DNA of 62,876 nucleotides, counting the filler, from Sluysia triapertura (taxonomy: Eukaryota): NCBI GenBank assembly GCA_046118255.1. It is 5 parts of 5 records of this genome, joined end to end, with 100 filler letters (N's around TTAATTAATTAA, not from the genome) between each part and the next. Parts side by side here need not be neighbours in the genome. Positions count along the whole stretch, not along the records: positions 25,133 to 37,435 come from JBJNIA010121527.1; positions 37,536 to 49,284 come from JBJNIA010173809.1; 3 more parts are not named here. One strand, written 5' to 3'. The notes beneath the pieces were generated by a model. It made no database searches, had not been told where the DNA came from, and saw nothing but the letters and a program-made list of their open reading frames with translations. The first letter of the stretch is position 1. The number at the start of each line of letters is the position of its first letter. This document shows positions 26,201-38,865 of the stretch, one piece after another. The position numbers and the translations under genes were made by a program.

Positions 26201-26383
26201 AAATCATCTGTCAAGCCTGCGTTTGAAATTAAATTAATAATAAATATTAAATAAAAAATAAATTTATGGAATTCATGAAATTAATAATAAAAAATTAATA
26301 GAATTAATAGAATTAATAATTAAAAATACAAAAAGTAATTATAGAAAGAGATAAAATTGATAAAATTTATAGTAGTTAATGTG

Positions 26384-26426
<43 letters not shown>

Positions 26427-27559
26427 GTAGTAGTAGTAGTAGTAGTAGTAATACAGATGATAAAGAGATAAACTGAGCTCAAGAAGAAAAATGGTAATGA
26501 AACATTGCCGGTTATGTAAGAAATTTTTAGATAGCATGAGAAAAAGGCTAGGAAAACGTTTAAATGTATTATGGTATAAATTTGGTAAAAGTACATTTGT
26601 TAATTAATTTAATTAAAGTGCGTTTTGTAAAATAACTTTGAAAAAGCTATACATTGAATAGAAGGTGTTGTAACAAATTATTAGCAGAAGAATTGATTTT
26701 TGCAAATTTATGGAGATAACGCAAGAATTTTTTATTTTAATTAATTTTAACGTCTTAACAAAAAATTACTGATAATAAAATAACGTGATAAATTAAAAAT
26801 ATTTATAGAATGATTCTGAATCTGTTACTTATTTAATCATTTTTCAGTTTACAAAAAAATTACTCTTTTTCACGAAAATTGTAATTTACAAAGTTTTGAT
26901 AATAAATTATCTTTTATTTTTTTTAATATTTAACACCTGATAATTATTTATATTGGTTTCAGTACCACTCGATTTCAATTTCAAATAAAGATAAAATGCA
27001 AAATATATCGAAAAGTAAAGTAGTTTACGAACTTCAGTAGAAAACATTCTAGTGCTTTATAAATGAAAATATTATTAATTCAACTTGATGATATTAAATG
27101 TCATTTTAAAAAAATAAATATTTATTTTATTTAATTAATTGCAGAATCAGTTTAGACATAAAACAAAATGAATAAATAATAGAAAGATAAAATCGCACAA
27201 CCTCTTAAAATTTCACTTATCAAAATATACGATCACTATTTAATTATTCGTACATTATATATTATTAATTTGATTATATTATAATTATTATTTACATCAA
27301 TTAAAAATATACTGAATATATTTTGAAAACCCGTACCATAATAACCTCAAAATAAGCATTTTATAATGAACAAAAATCAAAACTAAATGAGAGAAAATAA
27401 AACTGAAACAAAAGCATAGATCCATTTTTGTCGTACTTAATTAATGAGTGAAAATGATTACGGATCAAATAATAGCATCAGAACACAAAATCTATGATTT
27501 TGTGGAAATATAGAAATAATTATTACTCCCAAGATAACAGAAACCAAGTAAATGAATAT

Positions 27560-28260
27560 GAATGCTGTTAAATTCAGCGATTTAGAAGTGTCTGACATAA
27601 AGAATAAAATAAAGGAAGCCGCGACCAAGATAAAATAAAATCGAAACTTTGGAACGGTGTTCCCTTTTAGCCCATGTTGTAAAAGTTGGTGATATTAAAC
27701 TTTGCATTAAGTTTAGGTATAAGAATACAAAAATGCCACTTTGCAAGAAATACCTTTAAAATTGAATGATGCCAAAGGATTCGCACTACTTAACGAAAAA
27801 AAAGATATTACTAAATCGTAATGTATCAAGATAATAGAACCTATTAATTTTTTGTACTCCATTTGTATAACAAAGATTCAATGTTGCTCAATGTTATTAT
27901 CAATGAAGATAAATTCATAAATTGAACCATGTCCTGAGAAAATAAGGGCAATCAGATTATACGCAATAACGATTAACCGTGGTGAATTGTACTAGTTTTC
28001 GGACTCACTAGTTTTAGTCAGAAATTCTAACCCGAAATGTAATGAAATAAATCTTGCAAAAAATGTTTTTCAAAGGTTAAAATTAAGTAATGTAAACTAT
28101 ATGCGTTATTTAGCGATTAAGAAAATAGTACTACAAAGTTTTGTACTCATGATGTAGAATTCGCTATTATCAAATAGAAACGAGTGTTTGAGTATGCAAA
28201 CATAACTCTTACAAAATATCTGATGAGTCAGTTTGCCTAATATATACGCTTTATACCAAT
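27560..28260 (+). mobile_element. Ty3/gypsy reverse transcriptase-RNase H relic
   Basis: VVKVGDIKLCIKFR; MP-TLQEIPLKLNDAKGFALL; YY*I...CTPF; IEPCPEKIRAI...EL..F; RYYQIE.ECL. The YxDD segment is deleted. Confidence 0.75.
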
Positions 28261-29119
28261 TCTGGAAACGTGCTATTAGGATTTATACTTATCAAAAAAA
28301 CTTAAAATGTATACTTAGTTATCACTTGAAATCAGTTACACGAAAACTTTATAATTAATTACTTTATATTACGTAACGCTAGCCTTCTATGAAAATATAA
28401 ATTACACAAGCATTTTAAAGGTCCTGTACATAAAACTAATTAATGAATTTAGTTAATTACTCTACCATTTTAAGGTGTAGATCAAAAAATATCATAATAA
28501 TTTAGAGATTACATTAGCCGTATTAAGGTCTAGTGGTAAAATTGATTTTAGTTTAATGATAATAAATTAAACGAACTCCTTAAAGTATATTACGAAACAA
28601 AACTTATAAAAAGGAACTTATACAATTTATGCAGAATTATAATAAATATAATTTGAACAGTTCAATTTCAGTTGACTGGCTAAAATATATTCTAAAATTT
28701 TTGTGTTAAATTTAACTTAAAGCTGACCTATTTATACCAAATTGGCTTGCGCCATTTGTGAAATCATTATTTTTGATTATAATTAATCCATTTAAAGAAA
28801 TCTTTATTTATTAAGATTAATCAATTTAAACAAAAGCTATTAAAAATATTATATTTTAAATTAAAATTTTATTTTATTATAAATTTTAAACTTTTATTTT
28901 ATTGAATTTATTATAAATTTATATTTAATTAAAAATACACAAAATATCAAATAATAAATACAAGTTATTTAATAAAATTAAAAATACATGAAATATCAAA
29001 TAATAAATAAAATATTTTACACCTTGACAAGTTTATTATTGGAAGTGGAACATTTTAAGTTATTTCTAATTGATAATAAGTTAATCATATTAACTGTTGC
29101 TATCTTTATTCCGGAAATT

Positions 29120-29520
29120 AACTGATAAATTAATTGATATTCGAGTCCAGCGTCCTAAGGTGAAGATGATCCTGGCACGATCCAACTTATAAATAAACGC
29201 AGTTTCATCTCGATAGAAGAAATATACCGAAATTATGAAAATGACGAATTCGATACATTAAAATAAGCACAACAATAAATACAAATAAAAATCTTGTGAT
29301 TTGACTGCAGACTATAATTACTGTTAATTTTGAGAAAAATATTACTGCAGTAAACAAATGAAGGTTACACTGATGCTACAAAAATGATCAAGTTGGTCAA
29401 AACTTTTTAACAATGCCCTAAAATGCAGAGAAACGGAGCCTTTTACATCATATCTTCGTAACACTAAAAACCGCTTAACTAGAACATAGGTGCTTGGATA
29501 CAATATCAATGGGCTTCATT
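29120..29520 (+). mobile_element. Possible gypsy integrase-region relic, continuing 27560-28260
   Basis: IRVQR; NEGYTDATKMIKLVKT..QC resembles the HHCC zinc-finger region. Confidence 0.35.
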
Positions 29521-30471
29521 GGATCACCATAAAGAATATAAAATTATATATTCTTAGGTGTCAAAAAACAGACCCGAGCACTTTAATCTTACATTTGAAT
29601 TCCACAAAAGATATTTAAAAATAAGAAAAGAATTTGATATAAATTAAATACGAAATATTACAATCAAATGATAGTAGAAATATTACGTTTAGATCGACTG
29701 TTATTTGAATACTATTTGACGTGAGGTTCATTATATATGTAAAGACTGCTCTGATTCACTTATGTGTTTTATGGCTCTAAAATAAGCGGCGTTATCAGTT
29801 AATTTATGATTAAATGTATTATGCTGATAAATCTTTTAATGTGATTGAAATAATCATGGTAAGATTTAAGTCTCAAAATAAAATTTTCTGATGCTACGTT
29901 GCAAAGCGTATGCTTTGGGAGTAAAATTTGAGAATAATAAAAATCTTGCGATAAATGAAATACTCATATATAAATTAAATTAATAAAATTATTTTAGTTG
30001 AGAAGATAATGAATAAATATTTATAAGAAATACTTATTTATTTCTAAGAATCCACATTGTATATTTTTTGAAAAACAATTTATAACATGAAAGCATTTTA
30101 CAAATAAAAATATTTTCAATAAATCTTGAATAGTATACATATTGTGAAAAAGTGAGTATTAATATTCCGGTTTATAGTCGATAACAAAAATAAAGCCAGA
30201 AACCAATAGACAAATGTGAAGAAAGAAGACACGAATCCGTAACATTTAATTAGCATCTATAAAATATTACGGCTATTCCAGTTTTCTTTACTTGCTAATT
30301 AAGTAAAGTGAGTTCAGATTACTTGCACTCTCTTTCTTAATTTCAGAACATTTAATTGTTTCTTTTAAATCTTCTGAAAGAATATTTTTAAATTAGTAAG
30401 ACTTAATAGTTCTATTATAATTAACATTTTATTTTAAGATTAAAATAATTTTGCGACAAAATTATTTTCAG

Positions 30472-30484
30472 AATAATAATAATG

Positions 30485-30533
<49 letters not shown>
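30472..30533. repeat. (AAT)n microsatellite
   Basis: Seen directly. Confidence 0.95.
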
Positions 30534-30534
<1 letters not shown>

Positions 30535-31379
30535 TGATGTAGTAGAAACAATAATTATTAAATAAATATTAGGAGTTTTGTGATTTATTGAAGATATTGC
30601 TTAATGTAAATATATTTGGATATCCACATAAAAGCAGAAATATTGATAGAAATTTTCAAAGTAATAATAGATCAACAAATTTAGAGAAAAAAATAAAATT
30701 TTAAAGCAATTAATCATTTCTAAATCATTAGATTTTAAAAGAAAAATAAAATTTTCAAAGAATTTGCGCCAATATGATTAATATAGAAAAAGTTTCATTA
30801 TTTTAGTTTCTAAGACTATACATTTTTGGTTATTTCGTAATATTTTTTATATAATCCAATCACAATCCACTATATTTGTTGAACTAAATATTGGCTGCTC
30901 GATTAGGATTTTTTATTAGACTGGTTTGCATGACAATTATCAGTCAAAAATGCATAAATTTAAAAGAAAATAGAAAATAATCATTATTATTAAATAATAA
31001 CTATATATAATCAAATACAATCTGAAAACCTACACTAATATTAATCTACTTTTAAGTATCTTTTACAAAATTCCATGACATATTTCAATGCCATTTTTTT
31101 GGTGATACATAAAATTCACAGAGTACAGTGAGATAAGAATACTTGTTCTATACAGTGATTAAAACTAGAAATTCCAATAACATTTTTATTAAAATTTTAT
31201 AAATATTCCGTACAATTTAAAATCAGTTCCGCTTAATAAAACGTGAATTTTTATTTATTATTTTCCATTTTAATTTTGCGTTAGTCAAACCTCATATAGA
31301 AAGAAGAACCATTCTAGGATTGTACACTGATGTTTTCAGCCAGAATCATTATCATCATCATCATCAACATTCCAAGGAA

Positions 31380-31710
31380 GATATGTTAAGGAATTACACT
31401 GGTTGCCAATAAAAGCAAGAATAGAATTTAAAATCATGACAATAATATTTTTTAGAAATAATACGAAAATGGGAAAGATGAATATTTCATTGAGGCATGA
31501 TAATCTATACAGAATCCACAGTGATAACAAGCTAGGTGATAGGTTGTATAACCAGTTACCAGAGAATGTCAAATTACTGGAAGATTATGGAATATTTAAG
31601 AAAAGACATAGTTCTTCCTGTTTCAGAAATATTATAATGAATGATTTACTTTAAGCGCAGTAGATATGAGCACAATATAAATTAATATATTATTATTATT
31701 ATATTATATT
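31380..31710 (+). mobile_element. L2/CR1-like LINE 3' end
   Basis: LHWLPIKARIEFKIMTIIF...LGDR.LYNQLPENVKLLEDYGIFKK is the L2-clade C-terminal motif. Followed by the 3' UTR and an ATT-rich tail. Confidence 0.8.
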
Positions 31711-32089
31711 ATATCATTTGTGAGTCGATGTATTTTATGTCAATAAATTGTTTAATGAGTCACTATAAACGAGATTTTTATATCAATAAAAAACTCATAG
31801 GGAGTATCACAAATAAAACTGACTAACTTAATTGTAAACAAATTCATAATATATAAATTATCCAGGAGAGTCAACATTACATATGTAGTTTTCCATTTTT
31901 ATTTATCAACCTATCAAACTTGCCTATTCTTAATCTAACAAATACAAACATTATGAAGATAAATATAACAGTTTTATTATACTCGTTTGTTGGATCTAAA
32001 AAACATTATAAAGTTTCTATCAATATATATTAAAATACAAGTTTTTATTAAGTAACTTTTTGTTATCAAATAATTATCACATCATGAGA

Positions 32090-32520
32090 TCTTTCTGAAT
32101 AGCTGCCGTTCCTAGGAACATTAAATTCTGATTGATTGGAATAGTGAACTAGTTGATCTTACAATATTTTAAGATTCATATACTCTTTCTTAAATTTCTG
32201 ATTCAATCTTTATACAGCTCCAACATTTAATAGTTTTGTAGTTTCAATTTCAATTCAAATAATTTGCGTTTATTGAATTACATAAAATTTATAATGTGCA
32301 CTTTGTAATGTGCCCAACTTTTACGTAATCTAAGTATGGAGGGGACGTGTACTATGTTTATGCAGTGTTTCATTACGAGATACACTTTCACGAGATACAA
32401 AATATATGTTAAAAATTTTTCGAAATGTAGACCCATAAAAAAATAAATTTCCAAACCCAACTTTTGATTGTTGCATCTACAAGTTCATTACGTTCAGTTA
32501 CAAGTATAAGTTTATTAAGT
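32090..32520 (-). mobile_element. Possible retroelement/GIN-type integrase core relic
   Basis: TTKLLNVGAV*RLNQKFK resembles TT.Y.PQ.NG.VER.N..LK. Confidence 0.35.
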
Positions 32521-34045
32521 CAAGATATCACGAACGACCGGTTTAGTGGCCATTCCTAATAAATATTAGGTTTTAGATAAAACTAATTCATAAGTTAACA
32601 TTTAAACAGCATTACTTAAGATGTCATCAATTGAATTAATTAAAAATAGGATAATTTTATTAATTCCAATCTAATAATCAAAACAAATTAATTCCATTAA
32701 CGTTCACAAATACAACATTTAATTCGAATACAGTCAAATTGGTGATAGTCAATTTGATGAGTGTTAACATGAAAAAAAGATTTATTCAAAAACATTGGTC
32801 TTATATAAATTATATTTTTTATTACTTTAGGGTTTAATTCTTTGCGGTTCAGTGATGATAATAAATGAGTTTGAAAATTCACCCAATATTATAAATATAT
32901 TCATATGTTGGAGTGGAATTAAAATAAATTTAGAAAGAATACTTATAAGTATGTCCAGTGGCGCTGAACAGTTGATCGTAAAAGGTTAACACTACTAGTT
33001 TGCACAAAATTATCTGTTCTAGATTATTATTATTATAGAAGTATCACCTTACTGGAATTGTAATATTTTATTATTATATCACAAATTGCTCTAGTTATCG
33101 TAATATTATGAATGAGATAACGTTTATTCCGTATACATTCTATTAATCCAATCTACTTATAATTAGCCTAAGCGTATAGTTAGATCTAAGCGTATTTCTG
33201 ACAGGAAAGATGAGAATGCAAATTTCGGCAGTTAATGTCATTTCAAACTGGTTCAAACGTAATTAATTTAGATTAAATTAATCTAGTTATAATTATCAAT
33301 CCATATGACGTTAATGACAGTTAATCAATGAATATTCAATATAATTAGAATTAAATATTATTGTACTAATAATTCCACTTTTATCTGTCAAGATACAACA
33401 AATAATGTTTTCTATTATTATTATTATAATATGACTAATGCATTTTTTAATTCCAATCTAGAGTAACTAATTTATACTTAATTTCTTCATATAATTAAAT
33501 TATACTATGGCCAAATTCTTTCTACAGTTAATGTCATATAAATAATTCTAATATGTGCACGGTATTTATTATTTCATTTATATACTCTTTGTATTTATGT
33601 ATTGATTTGTTTTAGTTCGCGTTTGTGTTTATTCGTTTTTTCATTGATAGTTTAATAAAATAGATAGACATTTCGATTTTTCCGGTGATACTATCTGATG
33701 AGTAACTTTCTCTATTTGCTAATTAAGTGGGGCAAGTTTCAATAAATTTTTCTTGCACTTTTCTTTTTGGTTTTATTTTAAAGCTACTGATACATTCTTT
33801 TACAATTACTAAGATGTACTTTTGTTAACTTGCTATAAAAATTATTACTTTAAAATTTAATTAATTTACCATAAAATTAAATTATTAAAAATTGTTCTCA
33901 CAGTATAATTTAAAAGATTATGCAAATAATTTATTTATCATTTTAATATCCGTAAACAAGACCGTTATGAATGATATTGTTTACCTTAACATTGCTTTGT
34001 AGTGTTGGGGTAAAATTGACTATAATAAAATAAATTTGTTAGACA

Positions 34046-34104
34046 GGGCTGACAGCTCAGTGGTAGAGCAGCGAAGGTCCCGGGCTCGATCCCCGGTCAG
34101 TCCA
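34046..34104 (+). pseudogene. tRNA-Ala-derived relic lacking the anticodon arm
   Basis: Acceptor stem GGGCTGA/TCAGTCC with G3:U70 and A73; D arm GCTC/GAGC; T arm CCGGG/CCCGG. Only AGCGAAGGTC lies between the D and T arms. Followed by TTTT. Confidence 0.8.
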
Positions 34105-35999
34105 TTTTATGAAGTCTAACAGTAGCATAACTCAGATGCAGTTAATCGATTTTTCTATTAAATTACACGTAACTCGAATAAATTTATTACAGTTCGGCTT
34201 AATTAATAGATCCACACTATTAATCAATTTTCATAAAGTCAATATCCCAATATTAGTAGTAGTTTTGGTTTTGTCTTCTTACTTGGTGAGTTCAATAAAT
34301 CTCTTGCACAATGTACGAACTTTATATATGTTCAATCACAAATTATTATTATTATCAATGTTTACAAAACTTTAAATAATATCGTGAATCTTTTTCAACT
34401 CGTCTCTGTTGTTAGAGATAGAAGTACGAAGTTATAAATTTCAAAATTCTTCATCTCTACTTACTACTTAATAAAATAACAATTTAGTCAATTAACATAT
34501 ATTTTCTAAAATGTACTACACTTACATTTTGTTACAAAAGGAAAAATTTTTTTACAAGACCACACGTAATAAAATAGTTCAGTTTAATTTTGTCGTCGAA
34601 TGTCGTGCAACTTATTTAATTAAATTATTTTTGTATATTATCATTAGAAATTCCAGGTCAATATATTTTTCAAAGTGTTACAGAAACAGCTGCACATGTG
34701 TTACATGTATTTAAATAAATACTATCGTTTTTGCTAATTATTTGATACTAAAACAATATTATTATATTTACATTTTCACTAGTCAAAAAATATCTTTTCT
34801 ACCTTATTGTTAAGTTTTTTATTTAACCATTTCTGTACGGAATATCGTAAGGAAGAACTGTTCTGCATGACTAGGGCATTTTACTTAACGTATAACATTC
34901 TCTTACATCGATGTACTCCAACAGTATGAACACGTTTCAATAAGTTGTAACGAACTTACTTCGCTCAGCGTAAGTATGCACAAAAATGAGCTTATATGTG
35001 CGTTTGTTTTACTAATTCAGTTAAATGTTACAGTTAGTAGCACTTAATCATTTGCTGCTTATTACTTTAGAATTAAGTAGAACACGTAATTAAAGAAAAA
35101 TTGTCACCAATTACTTCAATTAATTATTCTTTACTAATGATTAGTGACTCACTTTAAAATAATTCGTAAACTTTAAATAAATATAAACTTTATAAAAGTT
35201 TTAGTACTAATTCTTTTAAAATTAGCCCCCTTTTTACAATAACCTCTAATTATTTAAACTAATATTTTAACTAATATTAGTTAAATGATTTTAAAACTTT
35301 ACCTAATCAATCTTTATCTGAAAAATCATCTTCTATGGAAGAGATGGAAGTGCAAAATTTTAAAAGTTGGTAATTCAAACATTGTTTTTAAAATGAAGAT
35401 TCAAGAAGAAAGTGACATCATCAGAAAATTACATCATCAATTTAATTTTATAAAATTTAAAACATTGAATTATGACAATTATTATATTGATATAAAAAAT
35501 TTAAAAAATTACTGAAATAATGTTTATCAAGATAAAACTTTTCAAGTTACGATAATAATATAATAGTAATAATAATAACAATTATATAATAATAGTAGTA
35601 GTAGAGGATGATAATAGCGCTTATGCTTCTTAATAAAATATAAACCTAAAGTTCAATTATGAGAATAGAATTCATTTACTGATAAATGTGTAATCGATAT
35701 TTACAAACAAAAATTACACTCACACACACAAATTAGACAAGTTTGTAAAAAATTTTTACTTCGATACAAAGTAGATTTAAGTATGTAAGTTTTTATTGAT
35801 TGTATTTATCGTTACATTATTGAACATACTTCAATTGAAATAAATTTTACATCATTTATTAATCTTAAAATATAAATAATAATATATAATAATAGAAGTT
35901 ATGTTTTATACTTTCAAATCTACACGATATACAATGTAAAATAAAGTAACTCTAATTTCAAGACCATGCTTATAAAACATTTTAAAATGAAAATTTATA

Positions 36000-37020
36000 A
36001 TTCTTGCCAAATGATTTCTACAATTATTGCAACAGATTTTTTTGAAACAAAAGGTGCATTCGTTGTCTAATTATCATAATTCATGTTATCATTCAAGTTT
36101 AGTAGTGATAATTCTGGATATTACATTGAAAATTCATATTGAGCCCTATATCGATATTGTAATTTAATATTCATTCATGTTGTCCGATTCAAATAGATTT
36201 TTAATGTCATAGCTAATTCTTGGCAAAATTCATTACACGCCTTTTACTTCTTTACGTATTCTTTAATTTCATGACTCATTTTCGGTCAGCAGCAGTACAC
36301 TTTTACTAACTCAGTCGCTTTTGTAATATCAATGACATCTTTTACTCATAATTTCAATAATGTATCGTCAAATCTCAATCTTCCATTTTCTATTGCGACA
36401 GAATTTTTTAACATAAACTTAGTGTACTGTTCATTTTGCAAAATAAGTACAATTTCATCTACATATAAATAAATTTTCTTAAGTATTTGTTTGGCCATAA
36501 TATAATTCATTTAGTAATTATATGCCAGTTTGTAAATTTGTGCTCGTTAGTATTCGTTTTTCATCTCCCTTACAAAAATCATGGGCTTTTTTTCGTTCTT
36601 CTGGTGCCACCATTTTTTCTTTAACCTTTTTTAATTTTTTAATTACATGTAACAAGTTTCAATCGATGTTTCTCGGTTTCTGCTTTGATTTTCTTAAGTT
36701 TTCTTTTTCATATCAGAATACTTCCACTAATTCTAAAAATTATTGAGGTATTATTTTACAATCAAAAATATATTTCATTTGTAATTTGCTTTTAAGATTA
36801 TTTGATTAATTCTTTTATTTTCAGACTTTGAGCACCATAAAAATTATGTCATGATCTTTACCACGAGCATATTTAGCACAATAATTTTTTCTAAATTTCT
36901 AGCATCACATTTAAAGTTTCATCAATAGGTAAATCAAAATGTTTTCAACATATATTCATTCATAATTTCTGCACATTCTTCCTCATCAATGATCCCTCTA
37001 AGCTCCCCGCACAGTATGTT
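36000..37020 (-). mobile_element. Ty3/gypsy gag-integrase relic
   Basis: ITKATELVKVYCC*PKMSHEIKEYVKK*KACNE corresponds to the integrase zinc finger WWP.M...I..YV..C..C. A degenerate DN...F.S core follows downstream. Confidence 0.65.
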
Positions 37021-37279
37021 ATTATTTTCAAAATAAAAATTAATTTACAGCGTTTTGCAATTTAATATTAACATTTTTGAAAATTAATATTAACATAAAT
37101 ATTTTTCAAATAAATCAAATTAGCTAAATGATATAAATACTATTTTTAAAATATGTATATTATTATTTTGAAAAATATTTATTTTTATAGTAATTTGAAA
37201 ACATGTTAATATTTAATTGAAAAACCGTCTAATAAAATTTGTAAATTTTAAATTTCAGTCATTATTTTTAAATTATTGC

Positions 37280-37435
37280 TTAACCTTTGTCCGTCAACCG
37301 ATTGTGACGTTTTAGTCAACCTGGGGGGTTAATTTTACCCCCCAGAATTTTAACCACTGTTTACGTTAACGTAGTATTACATCATACTGAAGAGAGCTGT
37401 GAAAAGCGGTTGTATCATATTTGCTTGATTGCTTT
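37280..37435 (+). mobile_element. piggyBac-like terminus running into the gap
   Basis: TTAA|CCTTT... with the subterminal palindrome ctggggggttaattttaccccccag (37321-37345). Confidence 0.5.
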
Positions 37436-37535
37436 NNNNNNNNNNNNNNNNNNNNNNNNNNNNNNNNNNNNNNNNNNNNTTAATTAATTAANNNNNNNNN
37501 NNNNNNNNNNNNNNNNNNNNNNNNNNNNNNNNNNN
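37436..37535. other. Assembly gap with artificial linker
   Basis: N44-TTAATTAATTAA-N44. Confidence 0.97.
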
Positions 37536-38149
37536 TTTATACATATCAATCAATATTGTTTAAAGGATATGGAGTAAATTTTATGTTTCGTTTCTTTTCA
37601 ACAAGTGAACAAATTCGGAAATCATCTTTAAGTTGAGCACAAGAAAAATGAAGAATAACAGTTTTAATATCTATATTTTCATTTATCTACTCTAAAAAAT
37701 AAATGCAATAAAAATGTAAAACTACGTTATATAATCACAATAATTGTAATAATTTTTATAAGACGAATAAAATCAAACAAACTTTCTTTTATATTTGCAA
37801 GTTTATGTCTGGCTGACGGCGATTTTATTTGTTTATGATTTGAAGGTGATATTTCTTCTGTTGTAGAAGTTGGTTTCGAACTATTTTGAGATCGAGTTTG
37901 CTTATTCTGAACTTCGGGATTAAAATCCGATATAGAGGACGAATCATCTGATGAATTTTCAACAAAATTTCTTGAACTGCAACAAAGTTTACATCATCAA
38001 AGTTAAATCAATCTTTGTCACAAACTTATTTTTTATTTTATATTTAATTTTAAGTAAAAAAATTTAAATAAATATTTGAAATTTTAAACTATGTTAAATT
38101 TACTATTTTAATTCATACAATAATAGCTTAATTTTTACACAAAATTTAC

Positions 38150-38865
38150 ATTTTATAGTGTGTCATAATGCATTTCAAAACATTATCCAATTATGAAGCC
38201 GCAGTTTTTCAGTACAAGATTCATCATCAAATTAACAAAAAGTTCCTTTATCATCACTGCGTTTTTATGAGATTCAAAAGATTTCTGATTTAGTTAAGTT
38301 TATTTTTTAAAAACTTTGATATGCAATTTTTCTCCAGGTTTTGAGCAGCATAACAGAACTTTTGCACACTTTGCTATTTTAGCGCTAGAGTTTTTTGATA
38401 AGACTTTTATTAGGCATATATTTATAAATTAAAGCGGTTTCATCGTAATTAAATATGTTCCCACCATTATACTGTTCATACATTTCTTTAAGTGTATTAA
38501 AGAATTGGTCTTATGTGTAATTAGCAAAAGCTGACTCACCTACTAACTTTCTGAAATGAAAATATTTCTTTGTTTAAATTTATGGAGTCCTCCCAGAAGC
38601 CTCAACGTCTGAAATTTTTTCGATTTTTAAGGCAAAAACTCGTCTTATAGGTCCAGAAATAGGAGTGCTGTAACTTATTAACCTATCAAACATGTCAATT
38701 ACTTCGCATTCTACTTCTAAGTGTTTCTAACAATATTTCAGTATTGAATATTGATTGTCTCTTTCTTTCCATGTCTTTGATTTATGCAAGTTTCTGCTGG
38801 AATGATTCTTTCTTTAATAGTTAGAAAATAATTTTCTTCTGATTATCATTTAATTTTGCCATTTT
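38150..38865 (-). mobile_element. Second pogo/Tigger transposase relic
   Basis: TPISGPI; EASG; LHKFKQR; RKLVGESA; NIFNYDETALIYKYMPNKSL; VLLCCSKPGEKL. Frameshifted. Confidence 0.8.

Noticed and set aside
26339-26596. Hydrophobic poly-Ile/Thr ORF (also 54893..55180 and the tail of 17216..17668)
   Set aside because: Translation of (ATT)n/(ACT)n microsatellite or low-complexity repeat, not a membrane protein.
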